A stretch of DNA of 64,000 nucleotides from Tubiluchus corallicola (lineage: Eukaryota; Animalia; Priapulida). Positions within the stretch are counted from its first letter, which is position 1, and each line of letters opens with the position of its first letter. Below the pieces are notes generated by a model. That model was given only the letters and a program-made list of their open reading frames with translations. It was not told where the DNA came from and did no database searches. Position numbers and translations under genes: made by a program. Positions 1 to 10,983 of the stretch are shown in pieces. The stretch spans positions 806,001 through 870,000 of the forward strand of contig JAQGDQ010000029.1 of the NCBI GenBank assembly GCA_030141605.1, written 5' to 3'.

Positions 1-220
1 TCTCTACCATAAACTCGTAACTTTTTTACGAGTATGAGATGTTATTGCCATAGGTATGTATTGTTTAGCACTAATGTACTTATATTATTATTCTGTACGA
101 TATGCTGCACTATATTTTCTGTTCTGTATGGCGACTATTTAGGGTACTTTAAATTACCTTGTTTTACAGTCTTGCTAGTAAAGCTACAGTTGTGCTTTGT
201 TTATGCTACAATTACCCATA

Positions 221-256
221 AGTAATAATAATGATGATGATGATGATGATGATAAT
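221..256 (+). repeat. (TAA)n(TGA)n microsatellite
   Basis: Seen directly. Confidence 0.9.
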
Positions 257-408
257 GGGCTGTTTTTACAAAAGCGTACAATATAAGCACATAGAATGGG
301 AAACTACTAAAAAAGGAACCATAAAGTAAGTAAGATGACCCGAGAATTCATGAGAAATGAGCATGTTATGTAAAATTGAATTTACCACTGATGTATATAA
401 TAACTTGC

Positions 409-624
409 CTTTTTACTTTTTCCCAATTCTGCAGAAGACAGAATTGGTTGCAGAGCAAGGAGATATCGTTCTAATGTCTGCTTCAAAGGTGGTACGGGCA
501 GTCTTGGTATGGACAACTGATGTGACCACATTCGTCGAGGTAGAATTTGTTTGTCAGCACCAAGCAAATCAATGATTTGTGGCTTTTGAGCTTTTGTAAA
601 ATTGAGCGCATTGCTAGACTGCAC
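409..624 (-). CDS. CRAT: CRAT-like coding exon 2
   Basis: Acceptor TTTTGTAG before 624; 216 nt open, phase 0-0; ends at AAG|GCAAGT (GC donor). Confidence 0.85.
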
Positions 625-873
625 CTACAAAATAACACAAATATCCATGAACTGAGTTAACACTATGAGCTTTATACCACTTGAGCTTAAACACTTCTCG
701 TCTCCCATCCAAGAGCAATTTGCAGTTCTTATGTAGCCATTTTCTATTTCACTGATCACTAGTGTGTGAAGTAGGCTACTTAATATTATTACTAAATAAA
801 AAGAATGTTTCAAATACATATCAGTAAGTGCTGAAAAATGTTCAAGTCTCTGTTTGAATTTGTCAACATTTAC

Positions 874-907
<34 letters not shown>

Positions 908-2863
908 ACAGAATAGGTTGCACATGAATAGTCTGAAAGGCTATTCCTTACAGAGTTTGAAAAGTTACTGCTATAACATTACAAGCATTGAAACATTTCC
1001 AATAGCTATCCCCTAGAGTATGCAACTCTAATGCTAAAGATAAGGTTAAAGATGCTCTGATGATTTTTATCTCAGCTAAAATACCATCGCTTCTTTTCCT
1101 TGCAACCAGCCCGTCTAGTGAAAAAGCCCAAAATTAGTGTCTCCTTATAAGATCCTAGCAGAAAAAACAAGCCAACAACCCTTTACTGATCATAAAGCTT
1201 CTACACTGATATTAATGAATGGTCACTAAATCTCACTTACATAAAACTTTAAAATATGGATGCATCACAAAAATATAATTATGAGAGTATAATGACTGGA
1301 GAAGTATGCTCATGATATAAGTTAGTGAGGTGATAAACTTCTTATTTGCAGAACCAAACAGACTCAAAATTTACACCAGTAATGATATAACAAAATTGGT
1401 AGCAAGTATTGTTCTGATCATAGGAACCACGTTTCGGAGGGATATTGTTCAGATGATCGGAACCACGTTTCAGAAGGATAAATTTCCGATAATCACGCAT
1501 GAGGTTAAGCCAAAGTTTTCCAAATTTGACTGCCCGTGTTGCGCGATCTTAGTTTAAGCTTAGCGGTTATCTAAGAGAATAACTTGAAAAACAAAAAATG
1601 AAAAATGAAATTTTTTAACACGGAAAAATTGCAGACGTAAACAGTAAACACTCAAACACAAAGCTCGCTTAACTGAACCGTGATTTCAGTCAAGATTTGG
1701 CATACAGAGGCCACCTAGCAATACAATGCCGACTCTGCTGCTTGCAACAAAAATCCTGCCTGACTGGGCTGCCAGTGTTAATATCCAACTGAATATTTTA
1801 GTTTTTCATAAAATTAAATTTTTTTCTAATAGAGCAAAAAATTTTCTTTCAGGCGCAAATAAGCATTTTAACATAGTTAACTTCAAAACTCTGTGGCAAC
1901 TAAATTTCAGGAAACTTTGTAAAAAATCTACATTTTCCTCAGTATTCTTTGATTATAAAGCAGTAAAAACTAATAATGTTCCCAAATTTGATGTCAGTTT
2001 AAAGAGCGTTTTCAGGTCTATAAGGCCACGTACATTTTGACTGAAAGCAATATTTTTTCTTTGTGAAATCTGTCAATATATCCAAAAAGAAACCAAAACT
2101 GGCCAGTAAATCAAACGTTTTTGTAATTGCATCAACTAAAGTCACGTTCAGAGCACCTTAGGTGCGGGTACCAGTTCAGGTGGAAGTTGATTCCAGTACA
2201 GCGTATATTAGTTTAGTCCTGATCCTGATTATCGGAAGGATATCAATTTTTTTGATGATCGGAACAGTATTTTGCAAATTCAGGATTCCGATCATCAGAA
2301 CAATATCCACTTCCAACAAAATTAATATGGTAAAACAATGCCAAACAGACAAAATCTACTGTAAAATCCAAGGCATTTTCAAGTCGATTCACTACATTAC
2401 TGACAAGTCGTGCCAACTCAGCCAAGCTACTAAAGAAGCCATTCAAATGATATTTTAAGCTTATAGTGTCTCATCTTTGCATAGCACCGACTGTTATAAG
2501 CGTGTACTGTTATAAGCAAAACACAGACTGCTACTTTTACTACAATTACAGTACAATCCACCTGTTAGTCTAATCTTATTTATGCACAAAACCTGCAAGA
2601 TCTGCATAAAAAAATAAATGCAGAACAAAGTCACAAACGAGAGCAAAGTCATCTCCTCAGTTGACTAGGTAACTTGCCTGCACTGATAAAACTTGTACTG
2701 TTATAGGCTGTTCAATGTAATAAGTAACGCCTTTTAATGTCAGTCGAAATAATCAATTTATCACAAAAGATTTATCAATAAAATCGTTAAAGATTATCTA
2801 GATCTAGAACACGAATTTAACATATCATACCATTCTTCTGCCTACACTCCTAAGGCTAAACAT
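409..2863 (-). CDS. CRAT: Carnitine O-acetyltransferase-like gene, 5' part (coding exons 2863-2831 and 624-409; continues beyond the left edge)
   Basis: The spliced N-terminus reads MFSLRSVGRRM|VQSSNALNFTKAQKPQIIDLLGADKQILPRRMWSHQLSIPRLPVPPLKQTLERYLLALQPILSSAELGKSKK. LPRLPVPPL..TL..YL.ALQPI is the choline/carnitine acyltransferase N-terminal signature and is closest to CRAT as I recall it. A short basic first exon resembles the vertebrate CRAT mitochondrial leader exon. Confidence 0.8.
878..905 (+). repeat. (TA)n microsatellite
   Basis: Seen directly. Confidence 0.95.
1398..2314. mobile_element. Non-autonomous Mutator/MuDR-like element in CRAT intron
   Basis: Perfect 9-bp TSD AACAAAATT at 1389-1397 and 2315-2323; imperfect TIRs GGTAGCAAGTATTGTTCTGATCATAGGAACC / GGAAGTGGATATTGTTCTGATGATCGGAATC; subterminal ~36-bp direct repeats. 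Confidence 0.8.
2831..2863 (-). CDS. CRAT: CRAT-like coding exon 1 (MFSLRSVGRRM, putative mitochondrial leader)
   Basis: ATG at 2863; donor ATG|GTATGA after 2831; phase 0 joins exon 2 in frame; an upstream acceptor TCTATAG| opens the exon at 2912. Confidence 0.6.
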
Positions 2864-3029
2864 AACTGAAAATGCTGTCAGATAAAAAGGCCTTAATGAT
2901 CAAATGGTCTTGCTATAGATAAAATCTAAAAGTCAATAGTTAAGGGTAAACACAAGGTCTCGGTCTCCATGAATATTATCAATATCACAGCACAAAATAA
3001 TCAACAGTTCTTTGCCTTATTACTGTGTT

Positions 3030-3874
3030 GGGCGCCGAGTAATCCATTAGCCGAAGTAGGACAATTGGCGTACATGGGCTAGCCCAAGTAGGACGCGTAT
3101 TGGCACCGTCCCTTGTCCTTGTTTATGTAATAATAATAATTAAAAACGTCAATACACATTGAATAATTTATTGTACAGCTGATAAAATAAAAGAATTTTA
3201 TTCTGAGCTGGTAGTACGGACAATATTAAATTTGGTCTCGATATTAATGTTTTTGAAGTGAAATAAACCCACTCTTTAGCGATTTCAACATTTGTTTAAG
3301 GTATATCATTTTTTATTTAGTCTCGCTTCACAGACAGGCGATCCATTTCACTACCTCTTGGACAAATAATTGTTTTGTTGTAGCGTTGTAAACGTTGTAG
3401 CGAGCCATGTACGACAGCACCCTACATGTTACAATACTATTGATATTATTAAAACTAATTGTTTTTGCTTTTCCTATATGTTAAAAAAATACTTTTTTGT
3501 GTTGTGAAGGCGTAGCAGTAATAGTCTCATTTTTAAACTTGTAATTATTTCTGTAATAACTGTGTGCATGGTTTCTCTCTTTATAGCATTAGGTACTTAG
3601 TATAATTTTATAATGATTTTAATGGAGCTAATAATACTGATGACACTATTGTAAAAATACATTAATTTTGTAAATTGTCAAGGACTATAAAGTTACTTTT
3701 TCCCTAAAACAAATTTAGTTTTATGTTTTATTATGTGATCATAATTCTCGATTCTCGTCCAAAATCGCCAGTGCCCTACTTGGGCTGCCCATGTACGACA
3801 CTGCTTTTCCGCAAATTTAGCCCATGCTTTTTACCGAAAGTGTCCTACATCGGCTAGTGGATTACTCGGCGCCC
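3030..3874. mobile_element. MITE / non-autonomous DNA transposon with 34-bp TIRs (superfamily unresolved)
   Basis: Left end GGGCGCCGAGTAATCCATTAGCCGAAGTAGGACA versus reverse complement of right end GGGCGCCGAGTAATCCACTAGCCGATGTAGGACA (2 mismatches). A second inner inverted block CGTACATGGGC(T)AGCCCAAGTAGG is present. No clean TSD. Confidence 0.8.
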
Positions 3875-3899
3875 TACAACTGTTTAGCAGAGGCCACAG

Positions 3900-4052
3900 C
3901 ACTGACAGCAGTGAAGCACAAGACACGTGATTACGTCAACTTTGACTTGACTTTGTATTGCCTAATACCATTGGGTAAAAGTAGTGACGTAAACAACATG
4001 TCAGCGTACATTGTAGAGATTGTACATGAAAATGTAGTGACATTGCATTCAG
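3900..4052. promoter_or_regulatory. Candidate bidirectional promoter (CRAT / WDR31) and first plus-strand exon
   Basis: E-box CACGTG 3924-3929; inverted ATF/CRE-type sites TTACGTCA 3931-3938 and TGACGTAA 3985-3992; forkhead motif GTAAACA 3989-3995; AACAACATG at 3998; strong donor CAG|GTGAGG after 4052. Lies between divergently oriented genes. Confidence 0.5.
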
Positions 4053-4149
4053 GTGAGGTTTTTTGATCTAGTTACTTGTTACAATTTGTTGTTAAGCATG
4101 TAATTAATTTCCACATTAGTTTCTTGTTGGACTGTTTTAATTTTGCGAA

Positions 4150-5480
4150 AGTATAAGAGCTAAAATCCTGTGCTTTTCAGATGCTCTCCCTCTTCCTTAT
4201 TTCGTAAACTTCTTGATTCAGGAGTGCTCCCCCAATGTTGGCTTAACTGTAATGTTTTCCCTATCATCAAACAGTCAAGTACATGTCCCTCGTGTGATGA
4301 TCTTCATCCCATATCTTTATCATCAATAGTTGTCAAACGTTTTGAAGCCGTGTTGTGGGACGAGGTTCTAGCTTTCCTCATCTAAACTGAACGCATATGT
4401 GAATTCCAACGTGGTTCCTTTCCACTTCGTTCAGTCGTTTCTCATCTATTGTTTTCTCTAAATCAGTGGACAAGCTTCTTCGATGATACCGCTTTGGCTG
4501 GTATTGATGTATTTTATCTCCACTTCCAGTGTCTGTTACTTAAGATGGAGTATGCTGGTATAAAGGTAAGCTTCTTAAGTGGTTCAGTTACTTTCTTACC
4601 CATCGTTTCCAACATCTAGCTCTTAATTTAATATCCACTGAATAGCATCCAGTGTATTCCCCAAGGAACCTACAGTGGCATATATTGCTTCTTAATCTTT
4701 ATTAATGATATACTGATTGTATTTCCCTAGGGACTAGTGTCCCATTATTAATTTTGTTGATGACTTAAAGCTCTTTTGCCCAGTTTGGGTGATCTTGATC
4801 GTTATATTTTACAACATGACTTGGATAAAATTAGGCTGGCACAGCAAATGGCTCTCTAGCAAATGTGCCTTACCTGTGCAAATATGCCCAAAATCCATTA
4901 CACCTTACTTTCTAAATAGTACATAAATAGCTGAAAAAGTTGTGTTAGAGACTTGTGCCAATGAGTTCAAATGGTATTCTCATGTGAACAATATCATTGC
5001 GAAAGCAAACTGTTGTATTAGCATGACCAAGTGCTGTGTTATATCGAGAAATGAAGTTGTAATTATTCCTCTTTATAAAGCTGTTGTTTGGCCCATTTTG
5101 GAATACATGTCAGTTGTATGGTCACCCCAGTATGTTACTCTTGAGAATACTCTGGAAAGAACTTTAGATGTACTTGTCTTGCTATTGGCTTGGGTCCTTC
5201 TTCGATTTTTGCTCTTGAGCAAAGGTGTGAGACTGTAGACCTTGTGAACTGCTTCATAAGAATTAGTGGTAACACTATTCTGACAGAGGCAGACATTTTT
5301 CCAAGCCTCATAGAGTTTTTCCTGGTTACGAGTCTAAGTTAGTTGTGCAACCAACTAGAATCAGCATCAGATCTCACTTTTTTGGCACAGTGTAGTTCAG
5401 CCATGGAATCGTCTTTTATCATCAACCATCAGCACTTCATCAGTTGACAGTTTCAAAAGGCATTCCAGAAAGGACTGTTT
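4150..5480 (+). mobile_element. Degenerate 5'-truncated CR1-group LINE (RT and C-terminal region)
   Basis: ORF fragments LFRKLLDSGVLPQCW..VFPIIK..PISLSSIVVKRFE and HVNNIIAKAN..LYKAVVWPILEY.SVVWSP, plus a decayed F(V)DDLKL; many stops and frameshifts. Confidence 0.85.
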
Positions 5481-5769
5481 ACAGATAGTTACCATCTGGG
5501 TCCTTTGTTCTTTGGATAAGGTATTCTTGGATAATGTGTGCTAACGTTTTCTTTTTTGGAGACAAGTCAGCAACGGGGCAAAAACTGGAATGGTAGGATA
5601 TAGTATATTAAGTGAGATACCTCGGTGAGGTCCTGAACTGAATGTTGTGAATTATGCCCAGATCAATTGGTTAGCCTTTGGCCCTGTTAGCCTGGGCCAA
5701 AAAACAAAATTGGCTTTGGTTCAGGAAAAAATGTTTTCTGTGTCAAACCATTTTTAGTGCATGAAACAA

Positions 5770-5990
5770 AAGTTATGGAATGGTTCGTGATGAGACAAGT
5801 TGATTTGTATGAGTTACAACCAATGGGTCAACACTGGTTGACCTTGACCTTAATTATTATCCTGTAGTATAATTATATCAAATGTGAAATCTCGCTGAAA
5901 CAAATTGAATTTCTTGAACCACACACACACACACAAACACATACACACATTGTAATTTAACCTTTGGGTTACAAGAGTTTTAATAATAAA
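5770..5990. mobile_element. Possible Helentron/DINE-1-like remnant
   Basis: TGACCTTGACCTT motif followed by a (CA)n tract near the end, a layout typical of such elements; heavily decayed. Confidence 0.3.
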
Positions 5991-8229
5991 CTTTAACCTT
6001 TATTTTTCTATGTAAAAAACAGAATGAATGTGATTTCTCTATATGCTATTTTATTTCATTTTTATTTGCAAATGATTTTCCAATACTGGCAGCCTATTGT
6101 GCTTCTTACTCAAAAAAAATGCATGCATATTGATCAGAAAATTACTAACAATTGAAACAACAGCATTTGTCTGATTAATTCAATGAATGTTTTCAAATGG
6201 CAGTATCTACATACAACACTTTTTTCTTATTAGCTGGTTTTACACATTCACACAGCAATCTTATGGATGTTTTTAATTTTAGTGTCGCTATCTACATTAA
6301 ATAATTATCATAGTATTTCGGAAATTGGTAGCAAAAAAATTGCAGTTGTTGAGTAAATCATCATTTTTAAAAATTTAGGTGACCATGGATTAGCACAATA
6401 TTTGACATTTTTTATTTTATGGTTAGCCTTTAGTGTAAACACAAATCAGTTAACAGTAAGCTACCATTTGGAGTTAGGCTCAGCACAAAAATGGAATCCT
6501 TGTGATCTTAACTATCCCGCACTTCATGAACTTGAACTTCAAAAGTTGTTGGCCTATTCAAAAATTGCAACGTCAGTAAATTTGTACATTTTTGCTTCGT
6601 GGGTTGTGTGATCTGGATTCTTGTTTACTGGAGATTGCAGATTATAAGAAGCTTGGCATTTATGTCTGCTATAATACAGGTTTCACTCTGGAAGTCCTTG
6701 ATGTCTAAGTCCCACACGAATGCGTGATTATTATAACCTATTGTGATTAGGAAGCACTGCAGCGTTCTGGGAGCTCATTTAGTGTTGGCTTGATTATGAT
6801 CATTAGTCGTCCCTTGATAGCATTCAAGTATAGTCTTTTAGTATACTGCAGGTACGTGACTACTGCTTCTGCATGACTTGCTCGTTAACATTCTGCTTTT
6901 GCCTAAATTGGACACTGCTTATTTGACAGAAGATAACCTTTTCTTGTCAATTGAATTGGATGCATTTTCAGAGAAAATGGCAGCTTAATTTAACTAATTA
7001 CATATTGATAAATAAAATATAGAGAAATAAACTTTAATATATTGTATAAAACTTGGATCATGACACATGATCGCATCTCAGTGAGTACACCCATAGTTAA
7101 TTTTTTATTCCGTTTGTAAATTACTCATTTTTAAGTTTGCGTAGAACACATATGCACACATATGCACTCACACATATAGGCAAACATATATAACGCGTAA
7201 ATTAGTCATTTCAGAGAGATAGGTTATAGATATTTTGTTTTATAATCTGATTGAACTGTTTCCAAACTTGATAAAGCCATTGTTATGTTTTCTTGGCTTT
7301 GGTCTGGCCCCTAGCTTCCATTGTTTTCAGAAAATTGCTAAATATTTGTTGTCAGCATTTCAGAACAAACTAACTTCCAGCTTTTGTGAACCTAGTACAA
7401 AAGAGGGAAACTGTTCCAAACCTGTTTGAGGTCATTCTCAGGCCTGTAGCTATTGTTGAAAACAAATCACTTCTAGAATGCTATGTGATTTGAGTAATTT
7501 GGTCAATTCTGATACAAAGCTTGGGTGAAAGTGGATAGCAACACAATATATTACTGTTGTTTTGTTTCTTACTTATTGAGAAGGAATGATTTAATTCCTA
7601 TGTGCATGCCCAGAACCCTCTTGGCAATATACAGTATTTACTGACTTTAAAGGCAACTTCTTATTGTTACATATTCTTTCTTTCTACTTGGCAGCAATAA
7701 ATGCTATTTCATGCCATTACATTGCACACTTATGCCGTCTGCTAAGATTATTATTGAACCAATAGAAGCTGGAACTTAGTTGGGCATCTTTAAATGATGC
7801 GAACCCTGCATATCAGGTACCTTGAGAACTACGTGTGCACATCACACCCTTTGGATACAGCAATCCACTGCTGCATACTAGCAGTTCGATTTATAGATTG
7901 TCTCTCATGCTACATCTGTGTGAGCTGTGACTAATCAGATTAGGCATCCTGTGTAGAATTTTCAATGCCAGTACTATGCCTATAAATTAGGTTTTAATTA
8001 ACTGGTTCATCGAGTTCTGAGAAGGTTTTCGCCAGGATTAGAATGCAAGGTTTAAGTAGTGCATGCAGATCCTCACTATCCTGTTGATTCTGACGGCATA
8101 AAACAAAACTCACATTGTTTAGGAAGTAGGCACTTCGTTTTTACAGAGAAATTTTTTCTTGTTACCACTTGTTCTGCATTCTTTGCGGTCCACTTTTTTT
8201 CTAACAAATTCTTCGGATGTGCAAATGAA

Positions 8230-8750
8230 ATTTGGTGTAATGGTGTTGGAACAAATACACAATTATTGGGTTTTGAAACCGAATATGCCAATCCTAAATT
8301 AATGAAATATGTAAAATCGAGACTGAGCTTGCATGGGTTTGAACCAGAGTGCATAATCCAGGTTTAGTCCCGACTTCTCTTTCTTTCTGACATGTTGGAC
8401 TTTAGCAATCAATAATTGCAGTATGGATTTGCTCAATCGTTATTAAATAATCCGGTTAGTTAAATAGACAACAAACTCATAGTTATTGGATTTTGATATA
8501 AATATGTTGTTTCAAAATTAAGTAAACCTAAAAAAGTGGAGAGTGAACTTGTGCGGATTTGAACCAGAGATCTTTGTATAATTTAGGCTGAATTTGGACT
8601 GTCTTTCTTTCGGACATGTTCGGCTTTATAATTCAGCAAATACAGCATGGGTTTGTTGTATCATTAGTAAATAATCTCTGGATTAGGATTATAAATAGTT
8701 GGTGTAATGGCATTCGGTTGTAGAATAGATTTTATTGTATTTTACACAGA
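8230..8750. repeat. Diverged ~230-bp tandem repeat (about 2.3 copies)
   Basis: Blocks such as GG(G/A)TTTGAACCAGAG and TCTTTCTTTC(T/G)GACATGTT(G/C)G recur ~235-240 nt apart; TTGGTGTAATGG at 8232 and 8699. Confidence 0.7.
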
Positions 8751-9018
8751 AATCAAATTATATGAAATCTATAGCCTTGTGAAATTCACCAAAGTATAAA
8801 GTGACAAATGAATGTTGTAAGACAGAAGTACCTACCAAAGCTGTCATAATAAACAATATTTCATGATTTTGCAGATTATTCCACAGCCATATATCCTGTA
8901 ATTATTTCAAGAAAACATTGAACATATTAAAAACATGTTAAAAGTTTGGCTATCCCTAGTATGTACACGACTGCCTGCCATTCATATGGTGTATGACAGA
9001 AGGCGTCGATGACAATAA

Positions 9019-10029
9019 TGCCCAGTTTAGATGATCCGACTTTCATCCGATTTCGTCGGCCGACAAATTTGGGGAAACCCATCCGACAGCTTGCATTTGC
9101 GCGGCAATTTAAACATCCCTGTGTTTCGTTCACGTGTGAGGTTAATTTTCATAAATGTAACGTAGATAAATAGTCCAATGCAAACAGCCCAGAAAACCAG
9201 ACTTCAAAAAGCAGCTCTTCTAGCAAAAATATATGTTATACGAAAAAAGATGAAACGTAAAGAAAGCAAGTGTGGGTGCGAGAGTGGCTACAAAAAAGAA
9301 ACACTCTAGGAGAATATCACTTCAAAATTTGTATGTGCACGATCAACAGAATTATAGAAACTTCCTTTAGAATGGCTCCCGAGACTTTTGCTGAACACTT
9401 ATAATCTTAGCTATTTATACAGACTGTGTAAAGTCGCGTTTTCATTGCAAAAACAAACGGACAAACAGAAATTAGTTTAGATCACTAACAAGGGGGTGAA
9501 TAAAAATAATACAGCATTAATAAATAGGTCTACACCAATTAAAATGAATTTGCCTGATCTCTTCAGCAAAGCAGAAATGTCTGCCAAAGCTTTGTTGCGG
9601 CAATCTCTGTTTTTATACTGTTTACTTTTTGTATTATCCAAGTATTCGTGCTTTTTATTGAATCTATTAGAATGTCTATTTCCGTAGTGGACCAGGGCCT
9701 GTTGTTGTCCATTTTTACGCAGCAGTGTCTATTCATATGTGTCATTTATATTAAAAGCTGAGTCTATAAAATATCACCTGAACGCAAGAAGCGTTACTGT
9801 TGGCTGTTATCTCAAAAGTCGGAAGATTGTCGGACGAAAAGTTGAGCAATTCCTGACTTTTGTCTGACATTTTCTGACAAGTCGATTGACAAGTAGGATG
9901 TTAAATTTTCCCGTTTACACGATATCCAACATTCTGTCCGACACCATCCGATTTGGTCGTACGACTTTGTTTGATCGTGTAAACGATTCATCCGGCGATC
10001 CGATTTTGTCGGACCGCGTAAACCGAATA
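9019..10029. mobile_element. Internally deleted PIF/Harbinger transposon with transposase (+) and MADF/Myb-SANT (-) gene remnants
   Basis: TAA TSD at 9016-9018 and 10030-10032; 22-bp imperfect TIRs ending TCCGAC. Plus strand: RKQVWVREWLQKRNTLGEYH..DQQNYRNFL/RMAPETFAE. Minus strand: RPWSTTEIDILID..(frameshift)..NTKSKQYKNRDCRNKALADISALL. Confidence 0.85.
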
Positions 10030-10129
10030 TAAAAATGATATCATCAAACTAAAGCATGTTAAAATTACAACAGGTTCCTTTTGTTTTCAATCTTGAGTAA
10101 AGCTGGGTCATTTTGGGAAGAAACTACTT

Positions 10130-10420
10130 GTGCGAGTGAACTAGCTGAGTGGTTACTAGCTTTTGTGACTGAAGTTCAGCAATGCTGAGATTGGTCAGTA
10201 AATGGTTGGGTAACTGCAAGAAAACTAGAAAACTGCTTTGGGGTGGTTTCGTCTGCTGTTTATCATTATAATTTTTTTTGAGGAAGGATGCATACTCATT
10301 TGGACATGGCTGAGAAAAAAAATCACTGCTAGTTTAATGTTTCATCTTAGAAGGTGAGCCTTAATAACGAGATAGGTTCCAGTCCCATCACAACCATGTT
10401 CTATGACGCTGAGTGCACAA
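10130..10420 (+). mobile_element. Old SINE-like remnant with tRNA-like A box followed by 5S rRNA-derived segment
   Basis: CTAGCTGAGTGGTT, then GTGACTGAAGTTCAGCAATGCTGAGATTGGTCAGTAAATGGTTGGGTAACTGC, which aligns by eye to the 5S internal control region. The 3' boundary is uncertain. Confidence 0.5.
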
Positions 10421-10983
10421 ACTAGCTGGCGGAGCGATGAATTGCATAGAAAGAAAGTATAGTTCAGGCTAACAAACGTAGCAGCAAAATGTTTCATGAA
10501 ACCAATGAATGATATTAAGGTTTTACAAAAAACTACAATGGGCATCAGCATTCAGCACATCTCATAAATAAAGTTGCGTTCACACGCGACCTAATAGCAG
10601 TTAATACTAGAGCTATCGCGGTTATGCAATATACATTCACACTGGGCATGCCTAGTAGAGCAGCCTGGCTTCTCTTGGTTGTAGGCCTCCTGCAGTGCTG
10701 ACATTAGGTGACTGAGTTTGTTTGTGCTTTAATGATACTCGGTATCATCTAGCAGGCGGTTGGATTATTAATTATTTTATTTGGATATTTTCTGGCAATA
10801 TTTTCTAAATCAGAGCGGAAATGTTTACTTATAGTTTCAGGACAAAGAAGCGGTGTTTTCTGTAAAGGTGAGACATTTTAAATATACGTTTTAACGCTTT
10901 AAACTTATTAAATAATTAATAATCCCAAAATGCAAAATGCTGGAATGGTTGCAAAACTGACTTTGTAAATGTCTATAACAGTT

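Noticed and set aside
1398-1500. CRISPR-like repeat array
   Set aside because: Only two adjacent units with no spacers; these are transposon subterminal repeats in a eukaryotic intron.
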